64,000 nt of DNA. Source: Chrysomallon squamiferum. Its lineage: Eukaryota > Animalia > Mollusca. Positions 49,201-61,200 of this stretch are shown here, in pieces; within the stretch, counting starts at the first letter, position 1, and each line of letters starts with the position of its first letter. Location: contig CM022667.1 of the NCBI GenBank assembly GCA_012295275.1, positions 8,680,001 to 8,744,000 of the forward strand, in the 5' to 3' direction. Below the pieces are notes generated by a model that saw only the letters and a list, made by a program, of their open reading frames with translations, had not been told where the DNA came from and ran no database searches. Position numbers and translations under genes: made by a program.

Positions 49201-52200
49201 TTGTTTTTATTACTATGAGTATATGAACTAGAAGTGGTAAAAGTATATTAGGCTTATTAGGCTTATTAGTAGTAGTTATAGTTGCAGTATTTGCAGTAAT
49301 AGTGACAACAGTAATGGTAGTAAAGTAACTAATAATGTTATTAGTAATATTAGCATTGCTATTATTATCAGTAGTAGTAGTAGTGTTACTATTATTATTA
49401 TTATTATTATTATTATGTTACTGTTAATAGTAGTGGAGGTAACTAGTATAACTAATGTTATTATTATACATATTTTTATTATTATTATTATTATTATGTT
49501 ACTATTAATAGTAGTGGTGGTAACAGTAGTATAGTTAATGTTATTATTACACGTAATGTGCTATTACACGTATTGTTATTATTACACTTATTGTTATTAT
49601 ATGTATTGTTATTAAATGTTATTATTACACGTATTGTTATTAATTATTATTACATGTATTGTTATTAATTGTTATTATTACACGTATTGTTATTAAATGT
49701 TATTACACATATTGTTATTGTTATTATTACATGTATTGTTATTAATTGTTATTATTACACGTAATGTTATTATTACACGTGTTATTATTACACGTAATGT
49801 TATTATTACACATGTTGTTATTATTACACATATTGTTATTATTACACGTATTGTTATTATTACACATGTTGTTATTGCGCAGCGTGTGACGTGTGTGCTG
49901 AAGCTGCCACTCTGCACTGTCCAATGTGTGATAACAAAAACCTGTGTGCGAACTGTGATGAGAAGTGGCACAAACACCCGAAGAGACTGACTCACGTGCG
50001 CACCACAGTGCCTCCGCAGCCATCTCCCGAAGTACGCTCGAACAACATCGACATTCAAGGCGAGTACGGCATCAAAGCGTTGCCACCCAAAAAACCGGTG
50101 TTCCCACCAAACACGCCCAGGTAATTTTTAGATTGTCATATTTTTTACTTTCTTAGGTTTTTTTTTTTTTTTAATTTACAGACGAATGTAACATCACAAA
50201 CACACCATCATGTAAAAATATGCATTCACTGGCGTACATATACATTGAGGGGAAAAAAACATGCAGACTTGCCCAGACAGTAACACTCACAGACAGATGG
50301 ACAGAAACAGACACATGAACACACACACAACGAAAATATTAAAAACCCCATTAAAAAGAGTTATTCCAAGAAAATACCATCACAGAAAACACATAAATTT
50401 TAACCTGTCAACAAAACCCTATTTTAATTTTTATTTTTAATTATTGTTACTTCACAATCAGAATCCATTTTTTTAAATATATTTTTTCAGAACTGCCCAA
50501 TCTGTAATTTCCAGAGGATTAACAACAACAGCTGTACAGTCTAACTCTGTAAGTTTGTGAGTCATATCAATACATGCAGTTCATCTTTAGAAAGTATCTC
50601 TGGTCCTAGTATAGTAATCTTTGGTTTGGTAACTTTAGATAGTGAACTGACACTGAGATATTTAAGAATTTCTATTTTAAAAGTAAAATGTAACATTCTT
50701 TTTTCATTATTGTTAAAATCTAAATTAATCATTTTTATTATATTTATTTAAGTGTTCATGCAAGGTTAACTTTTTTTGATTTAGCAGATTAATTTAATAT
50801 TTTAAGCCTAATGTCAAAATTACTTCTTAAAATATTAATATTAATCAAATTTATTATAGAATCAATATTAATTTAATTACAGAAAACTAAATTAACCTAA
50901 TTTATTACTGAACTCAAAACCTTGTCTAATTTAATGATAGTAATTTAAATCTGGAAATCGATATTAATTTAATTATTGAAATCAAGACAAATCTAGTTTA
51001 TTATAGAAATCAAGATCTAATTTATTATTGAAATCAAGATCAATCTAATTTATTATAGAAATCAAGATTAATCTAATTTATTACTGAAATCAAGATCAGT
51101 CTAATTTATTATAGAAAAGATCAGTCTAATTTATTATAGAAATCAAGATTAATCCTAGTTGTTACAGAAATCACAATTAATCTAAATAATCAGAGAAGGT
51201 AATGCGAGTATTGTACAAGCTGTATCTCTGTTTGGTATAATCCTGGTTATTCTTTGTGTTTAGACTGTCACTGTTAGCACGTCTGCTCCAAACAACCTGC
51301 CCAACTTTGAATGTCTGGATGTGAAGAGCACTGACAGCATTCAAGATTCAGGCCAGCAGATGGATCTGGGACACTCAAATCAGATCAAGTCTACAGATCC
51401 AAGTCAGATCAAGTCGCCTGATTCAGCAGGCCAGAGACCTGAAATTCCTGATCGACGTCTGAAACCTCAGTGTGGAGTTCCTCTTACAAAGACTGGCACC
51501 ACTGTGACTCAGAGTCAGTATGGTACAGCTGTACCTCAGAGTCAGTATGGTACAACTGTACCTCAGAGTCAGTATGGTACAACCATACCTCAGAGTCAGT
51601 ATGGTACAACCGTACCTCAGAGTCAGTATGGTACAACTGTACCTCAGAGTCAGTACGGTACATTTGTACCACAGTCCCGGTACCAGTCTGTGTATCATCC
51701 TCCTGAACTCAACTCAAATGTAAATTCCAACATTCAGTACGCACAGATTCCTCAGCTTGTTTCAAGTGCTGCTGCTCCAGCACACACTGTGACGTCAGAG
51801 TTGAAGAAAGCACGTCCATCGTCAGAGTCGTACAGCTCGGCCAGTGTGAGCCACTTGAAGAGGAGTTCCGATCCTATGACGTCAGCTTCAGGGGCCGCAG
51901 ATCGCCAGAGTCCGCTTCATCGGCGCTCAAACTCGGCAGCAGCACAGTCAGGTTTCTACACACTGCCAGGACGGTCTGCTGCAGCTTCCGGCAGCACGAC
52001 ATCAAAACTGCTAGCCAAGATAATGCAGATTCCAGACCCGGAAAAAAGGCGATCCAGGTGTGAAATAAATATTGTCACTTTGGAAGATGAAATGGAAGAT
52101 ATTGAAAAGGAGCTGAATACAATTATTGAGGAAGATGAAAACTTTCATGAAAATGTTGAATTTACTAGTTTGAACAAGAAAAAGGGAATGCTGTTAAGAG

Positions 52201-55200
52201 AGAGAAAAAATCTTCAGAGATACCTCGAAGAGATGGACAGGATGCCTACATCAAATGTACCATCATCTGTGCCACAGGAAATCTTTTACCCTCCTTCAAT
52301 TATGTGTTCCAACATTCCTGTGAGTCCTCCAGGAACCAGACCCCAACAGTTTGTTCCCAGATCAGAACCATCAGCTTTAGCGAGGACATCAGAAATGCTT
52401 GACAAAAACTCTTCCCAGATAATTGATCCTAACAGCTCAGTCTACTCAGCCGTGGATTATCCACCAGCTGCCTCTCAAGCTCCAGCTCAGGCAGGTGGAT
52501 ACAATGTTCAGCAGCCAGCAGGTGTTGTACCTGCACATCTGTACCCTACACTTCCAGCCCAGAACCTGCTTCAGCAAGGACAGGTTGCTGGTGCTGGTCA
52601 AGCTCTGCAGATTCCACTAGACTCCACCGTTCCTGCAGTCGCTGAAGAACAGATGCTGCACACTGGTCAGAAGCAGCCAGCAGGAGCCACAGCTGCAGCA
52701 AAACAGACAGAAAAACAAAACGGTATGTGTGACCTGTCACTTGTTACGAAGCTCTTTAAACACCTCACATGTAGAGACTTCAGTCAAACATTCCAACAAG
52801 CACATCTATCAGTGGCATATATCCCAGCAGAAAGAATCACTTTTTGTAAAGCTGTTTTTAATGAAATTGAAATAAAAAACCGAAAGATGTTACTTCTGCT
52901 GACTTCATTAGCATTTCTAGTAACTGAAGCCTGAGTAACAACTTAAGACTTAAAAACATTCTCTTCATCAGACAGAAGAAAAGATCAAAGATAATTAATA
53001 GGCCAGAATCAAAGTTTTGTTTAGCAACACAATAAATAGAATAAAATAAATTGAAACAACTAATTATCTTCTCAGTCTGCCCTAAATAATCAACAGTTGG
53101 TCTGTAAACATTTGAAAATCCATAACTAAATAATTTAATAATTTGACAATCTGTAATTTAATAATTTCATGTGTAGCCAGATAATCTGATATTCTGTAAT
53201 CAAATAATTTCGTAATAATTTCATAATCCGTGACTAACTAATCTGATAATCCATTATAACCTGTTACAGTCCTTTTTCTGTTCTTGTTGTCAGCTGTTCC
53301 GCAGCTGTCCACAGGACTTCCTGGTTTTCAGAAGAAGTGGCACTGTGAGCACTGTACCATGATCAATGAGCCAGGCACTCGGGTCTGCAAAGTGTGTCAC
53401 AAGACCAGCGATAAACCAGCCTTCATCGAGGAGGCAGCGAAGTCCACAGCAGCAGCAGAGAAAACAACACCGGAAGATGAGGAAACTGCCGTTGTTCAGA
53501 GTGGGCGAAGAATCGCCAAATTCCATGACGAGGTACGGAACAGTATTTTCCCAGATGGGTAATAATGTGAACCACTGTGACTTCAGCTTCTTTTTCTCTT
53601 CTTATTTCATTATTTCGTTATTTTGCTACGATCAGTCCATTTACTCTTTTATCAAGAACATTTGTTGTTCATCCTACAGCATTCGTTATTCCAGCCAGGA
53701 CAATGTCAACAATATTTGCATTTCCAACAAGAATGTATTTTCCCTGTCTGGAACAGTCACTGTTCCATAAAGAACAGTTGTTCTTGAAACAAGAACATTC
53801 GTTGTTCTGTAAAGAACTTTTGTTGTTCCGTGCAGAACTTCAGTTTTTCAAGCAACAGCATAGTGAATGTTTATTCATAAATCTAGACAACTCATTGTAC
53901 CACCAAGAATATTTACCATTCAATCCAAAATTGTTTGTTCTTTCATAAATTATGATACTTTAGTACATGGTCTGCAGAATTTTGTGAGAAAGTTTGTTAA
54001 CAAACATACATTATGTCAGGATTTGGTCCCAGCTGAATTCAGATTTCTTCCGTTTCAGATTTACTATGAGAAGCTTGAAGCTAAAAGGAAGTTTGAGGAG
54101 TTACAGAAAAATGAAGCTGCAGCAAAGAAGAATGAAGCAAATGTTTCTAGACCGGGAAAGAAACCAGACGATATTCCTTCTCAGTCAGCTTCCAAGAAAA
54201 ACTTGTACCCACAGTTACCTCCCTATCAGGTAAATCTTTTATCTCTGTGCTATTTGAGAATCTTACATGAAAGTTACCACTTCACATTTTTATTTTATAT
54301 CTGTGAATTTTGGATAACAGTTATCTTTTCATGGTTTAAGGAAATAAAGTTTTCCCTTTTCATATCATAAAATTAAAAACAACAGAGATAAACCTTTAAT
54401 ACTGGCATCATTATTACATAAAAATATGTTTGGTTCTTCATTCATTATTTTATTCTTCTTAAATCATATTTTTCTGAGTCATAGATCATTTAATATACAT
54501 TGACCATTTTCTTTAATTAAAAGAAAAAAAATCCACCATAAGCAATAACTTAGTTTGTATGGCATTGTATTTATTTTTTGTTTTGTTTTGTTTAATTTAA
54601 TTTGTATAATCACTGTTAGACTTGGGCTTATTTAAAAATATTTAACTTCAGAACTTAATAACATGTAATGTAAAATGCAGAGAATTAGATACTTAAAAAA
54701 AAAAAAAATAGGAACATGAAATAGTATAATAATTAATGTTGGTTTAATTCATTAATCACAGCTTTTCTTATTTCATATACCTGTTATAAAAACGAAAAAA
54801 AAAAAAAAGAAATCTATATATTGGATTTTTAATTAATTATTGACCTTAAAATACACATTTTGTATCTATAATAAGGGTTTGATTTGTGTTTCAGGAAATT
54901 GAAAAAACTCAGCCTTCGCCTCCTGCTGTGCAGCTGAAACGTGACCTGTCTTTGGGCAGCTTGAGCAGTGGCAGTGATTCGCTTCAAGATAAGAGGGCCA
55001 GTTTCCAAGAGAAGATGGAGTACATTGCGTACCAGAAGCTGATAAAACAGATGCAGGTAGACGGAGCAGATGCTGTCCAGCTGTTTAAGGTAAAACAAAC
55101 GTTTAAAGAATTTTAAAATTAATTTCAGTTGGTTTTAACTCTTTGGACAGCTGATAGCAGCTCTGTTAGGAGGAGATAGGTACACCAGCACTACACAACA

Positions 55201-58200
55201 CCATTCACATCTGATTTCATAAAGTTTATAAAATTGAACAGAATACAGAGGGTTAGTTTACTGGGTTAAGCATTACTCTTTAATGTTATTTTGAGTTTTA
55301 TATTTTGTATTGATGCAAATAAAATGCAGTTAACAGATAAAATGTAGCTTGATAATTGTGTAAATGTTTCGGTCAGTTTTAATACATTTGAAATATCTGC
55401 ATCATGTGTCATGTATACTTTTTTCTTTGACTGGTGAATAATTTTAATTTTATTTATTTGTTTATTTATTTATTTATTTATTTTTTATTTTTTTTATTTT
55501 TTCCAATCAGTTCTTCATTAAATAAAGTCCTCTACTTTCATGTTTTGTGGAAAATATTAAACTTTTGTTGTTTTTAATTGGAACTGCCTTTTTTGATATC
55601 AGACAGTTATTATTCCTTTGAACCTTAGAAATCCAAATTTAAAAAAAAAAAAAAATAATAAAAAAAATAATAATAATAATAATTTTTTACTCATGCAGCT
55701 AATTATACTCACCACCAGATCTGCTTAAAGAGGCTGAAAAAAAAAAAAAAAAATCTTTGAAGTTCAGTCTATGCAGTACCATATGTCTGCATGAGTTCTA
55801 GATCCAAAGAGTTAATATAAAAATTATTGCAGGCATTAGAATTAATTACGTTTATACATTTATACATTTAGGCTGCAGAAAACGCAGGGTACGAGTTTGA
55901 TGTGACTGAAATTGCCTTAGAAATCTGCAACTGGAACCACTTGCTTGTTCTCAACTGGCTGCACACAAACTGGAAACACATGGTTGCCCAAGTCATAAAG
56001 AATGTCCAGCTGGCAGTCGACAATCTGGATGTGAACGATGTTGGTGTCATGTCTGAAGACGAAGCTGCGATGGCGCTGAAAGAAATGAGAGGAAACGTAG
56101 AACAGGCCACTGGAAAATGTCTGCAGTGGCGAAAGACTCTGGTGTGTATATTAAACCATCTCATCCACTCACTTTTGCATATTATTCATGCACTTACTCT
56201 CGCTCATTTATTCATTTATTCACTTACTCACAAACCATTCGTGCACTTAAATACAACCCATTTATTCACTTACTCGCAACCCATTTATTTATTCACATAC
56301 TTGTAACCCATGTATTCACTTACTCACCACCCATTTATTCACTTACTCACAACTCATTCACTTACTTATATCACATTTATTCACTTCAATTTCTTTCTTT
56401 TTTTCCACCTACTTTTCATGCATTCATTCACATGCTTCTCACACGTTTATTTCATCATGGATTATTCATTTTCCCATTCAAGAACGATTAATTCACTGAA
56501 TTATTCACTCATTTATTCAGTACGCGGATGTGAACAGTGACCAGATGTATGCCCGGGAAGAAGTGCTGGATGCCATGTTCAGAGAGAAGGGAAACAAAGA
56601 AAAGGTCGTCCACTATCTGCAGGTTTTGAAAATTACCCCGTTTGTCGATCGAGTCTGGAATGGCGCCCTGGAGAGCATCGACTTCGCAGACAAGATACTC
56701 AACACCAGCTGCAACAGTGTGCCAACTAGCATCATCCACCACAGAGAGTTTCAGGACCAGATAAAAGATAAGACGATTGATTTAGAGGTTAGTTCTTACA
56801 TAAGATTCTGCATGTGTGTGATTTTTGTATATATATGTGTGCATGTGTCTGTGTGTTATTTGTATGTATTTGTTCATGTTTGTATCAATGTTTTGTGTTT
56901 GAGGGGTAAATGAATGTCACTGTTCATATATTTTGGGGCGAAAGTGTGTTTGTGAGTGGCTGTGCTATATCTGTATTTATTTTTATTTTATGAGTTTGAT
57001 TTTTCTCTGTCAGCATTTTAATTTGATCTTCATTATTTTGTTATTTCAGATTGATTGATTGATTGATTTATCTGTTTGTTATTTTATTTTATTTATTTAT
57101 TTATTTTTTTAAATTTATTTATCTGGGTCATTCCGTGTCAAATCACCCAAAAAAAAAAGAAATTTAAACCCGACCGTCTCAGATTTTTATAAAACTTGGT
57201 ATACTTGTTGACTGGGATCCCACAGCACCAAATATGAAATGTTAGCCCAATCAGACCAGTGGTGTGGGAGATATGGCCCACCGAATTTTGAGATTTTTGC
57301 CAAAAATGGGTGTGACCACCAACCTTAAAACCCTCATATCTCAGGAACTACTGGGCCAATCTTCATAAAATTGGTATTGTTAGAAAGGCAAAATGACAAG
57401 GATTCCAAATCTGCCATTTTTGTTTAGTTTGGAAAATATTGGAGTACCTTGACCTTTTGACCTTTGCTATGACCTTGAAATTGACCGTGTGGATCACGTG
57501 ATCTTGAGATGACCTTTATTGAAATTTAATCTCCCACATGTTAACTAAAACATATAAAAGTTTCCTGGGTGTAATATTTTTTGTTTAGCCACAATATAGA
57601 TTTAAAAAATGCACATACATGAAAATAACACCTTTTCAGCCATTAACATCTGATTAACTAAAACCTGAATGATCAATTCTGGATGCTAGGGATCACCATC
57701 TTTCTTGATCATCGAGTAAGACATTGTAGGCCTACATGTATGCATAAAGTTCACATAAATTTGAGAGAGCTAGGTGTTTCTGATGCTTAACCTTCTCACC
57801 ATGTTTGTTTCAAATGCTCACTGTATCCTTCATTCCCAAACACATTCTACTGTTCTCATCACTTTCATAAAATTGGATTATTTCCTCCTTCAATTCATTG
57901 TCCTTTCAATGGTAAAGGGTGACAAAATCAAGATTTGCACACATTCTGGGTAGGATTCAGACATTAAGATGTCATTTTAATGTTACTGTAGCTGATGCTA
58001 GTTTTTTTCTGTCCTTTCATTCATTTACTGGAATGTGCTAGTTAATGGAGTTTGACAGGAGTTTCGCCTAAACTCAACAGAATAGAATTCAAATCAAAGT
58101 CCTTTTCTGGGGAAACAACAACCAGCGGTTTGTCTGGCAAGTTATCACCAATTTCTCCCATGGTAATACCACCCATACTAAAGCCATCCTCTGCAGGACC

Positions 58201-61200
58201 TTTGATTTCTGAAGGGTAATCAGACAGTCACAGCACAACTTGTCTCCTGGCACTAGTGTCTTTGGAGGATTTACTAAGCATTTGTAAGTGCCCATGCTAA
58301 CAATTCTTAAAGATCTAGTGCGTGCTTGCTCAGGGTGGCGATTAAGGGGATCACAACAGTTTTTCTGCGATGTTGAAAATTTGATGAAAAATTCTTGTTC
58401 ATGATACTCTTGATGTCCTGTGTTTTGATCCCACTTCAAAGAGTGAGGAGTTCGACTTCCTCAGTTTTCCATACACTTCGCAACAACTCCTTTTTGATAT
58501 GATGGTGTTGATAACACACATTTTCAGGAGAGTTAAAGCTGCAGTTAGCCCTGGAAGAAATAAGGATTTTCAGTATTGGCCTGCACCTTCAATTCAATAG
58601 AACAAAGTCAGTGCTTTCCTAAATATTAAATCAAATCCTGAAACCCTTTCAGTAAAGTTAAGCGGGTCATAAAATGGCAGCAGAGTACGTGTTATTGCCA
58701 AAGGCCCACAAGTCTTGGGCACTTATGTCAATCTTCTAAAGTATAAATCACAGTTTATTAAGGTGAAGTAGACCGTGTTCATACTCTGTGCCGTCTGATG
58801 ACGTCTGATTTCAGACTGGGTTGTACTGTTGTTGACTGAAACCTTGTTCAAAACCAATGGCAAGGCCCACATGACATGATAAAATTACTTAATAGGTTTT
58901 ATGAAATAAAAATATTGTTTATATATCAACATCTGACATTGTGTCCAACTTAAAAAGCTTCAGATTGTCAAAGAAATGCAGATGAAGAAACTTCTTTGTC
59001 TTAAACTTCTAATTGCCATGTGTTCAATAGGGATTGCACCAGGGAATCTAAAGGAGTTCCTGACCTGCCTGAAGAATCACTTCCTGTTAACCCTTTGAGC
59101 CTGATTGTGTAGAACATGTCATGCCATTTAGCATCTTTTCAGATCCTTCAGGCATTCCTTCAGACATGTCAGGTGGGTTTTAACTCCAAAGATGAGTTTT
59201 TAGTCTCAGAAAAAATGTACATTGTAATGCATTGTATCAATCATCCATGCAGGTATGCATTTTTTTAAATCTCTATTATGGCTGAACAAAAAATATTATA
59301 CCCAGGAAACTTTTATATGTGAACTTTATGCATACATGTAGGCCTACAATGTCTTACTTGATGATCAAGAGAGATGGTGATTCCTAGCATCCAGAATTGA
59401 TCATTCAGGTTTTAGTTAATCAGATGTTAATGGCTGAAAAGGTGTTATTTTCATGTATGTGCATTTTTTAAATCTATATTGTGGCTAAACAAAAAATATT
59501 ACACCCAGGAAACTTTTATATGTTTTAGTTAACATGTGGGAGATTAAATTTCAATAAAGGTCATCTCAAGATCACGTGATCCACACGGTCAATTTCAAGG
59601 TCATAGCAAAGGTCAAAAGGTCAAGGTACGCCAATATTTTCCAAACTAAACAAAAATGGCAGATTTGGAATCCTTGTCATTTTGCCTTTCTAACAATACC
59701 AATTTTATGAAGATTGGCCCAGTAGTTCCTGAGATATGAGGGTTCTAAGGTTGGTGGTCACACCCATTTTTGGCAAAAATCTCAAAATTTGATGGGCCGT
59801 ATCTCCCACACCACTGGTCTGATTGAGCTAAAATTTCAGATTTGGTGCTGTGGGATCCCAGTCAACAAGTATACCAAGTTTCATAAAAATCTGAGACGGT
59901 CGGGTTTAAACCATTGGGTGATTTGACACGGAATGACCCATCTGTTTGTTTCTTTTTTCTTTATATATTTATTGATTTGTGTTTATTTCTGTTCTGTTCT
60001 TTATTTATTTATGTGTTTATTAATTTATTTATTTATGGGTTTATTTATTTATTTATTTATGTGTTTATTAATTTATTTATTTTTGTGTTTATTAATTTAT
60101 TTATTTATGGGTTTATTAATTTATTTCTTTATGTGTTTATTAATTTATTTATTTTTGTGTTTATTAATTTATTTATTTATAGGTTTATTAATTTATTTAT
60201 TTTTGTGTTTATTAATTTATTTATTTATGTGTTTATTAATTTATTTATTTATGGGTTTATTTATTTATTTATGCATTTATTAATTAATTTATTTGTTTGT
60301 TTGTTTGTTTTTTTGCGTGTTGCTCAGAGACGCACACGGATGATACTAGTGGAGGGGAATCTACAGAGCTGGGGGAGGGCACAGACAGTCCTCAAGATCC
60401 TGGACAATGACCTGGAGAACATGGACCAGAAGAGCGAGATACAGCTAGAAGACATCATCGAGGCTGTGAGGAACTGTCAAGATCGGCGAAACTCTCTCTT
60501 GTACCTGCAGAGGGAATGTCTGATTTGCTATTGCAAATTTCCCATTTCTAAGGTAGACAACTCCGACTGCCAGTTATTTATTATCTCCCCTTACTAAAAT
60601 ATAAATATATAATTTGGTGCAGGTGAAAGTTCTTAAGACAAAATTCTAATTCAAATATTATGAAAATACTGTATTTAAAACTCGTAAAGGATAAAAAAAA
60701 AAAACATTTACTGAAAGGACTTGCCTCTTTATATTTTAGAAGCATTTCTGAAGTTTATTTCTATTCTATTCCATTAAAGTAAAGTGAAATTAAAAAGAAG
60801 ATAATGGAACCTTGTTGTTTATAAATGTTTGACATGATGTTGTTGTTGTTGTTGTCTACAGATGAGAAGCCTGACATTCTGTCAGTGTCAAATGTGTGTT
60901 GAGTGCTTCAAACAGAACTTTGCTGTCGTAATTCGGGAGAAAAACGTTCGAGACTGGAACTGTCCCATCTGCAATAATCCAGACATGGAGGATCAAAGCA
61001 CTGCGTCTGACTACATTGCCTTCCTTGGCCTATTGGTTTGTGTCTCATTCTCATCTCTGTTTATTGTTTATCACTGAGAATCCTACAGGAGTATTTAATT
61101 GTTATGAACAACTCAAATGTTTCCAGAGAAATTTAAAACGTCACAGATCTGTCAATATATATTTTCAAAACATTTCAAATTAAATAATTTTTATTTATAT

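Noticed and set aside
51321-52934. Independent 537-aa single-exon gene or truncated HOIP isoform
   Set aside because: Flanked by a proper acceptor (51263) and donor (52723) in phase with RNF31 exons 7 and 9; the tail after the donor looks intronic and AATAAA is ubiquitous here.
58089-58439. Nested antisense gene in RNF31 intron
   Set aside because: It is a frameshifted fragment of the dead Sola2 transposase.
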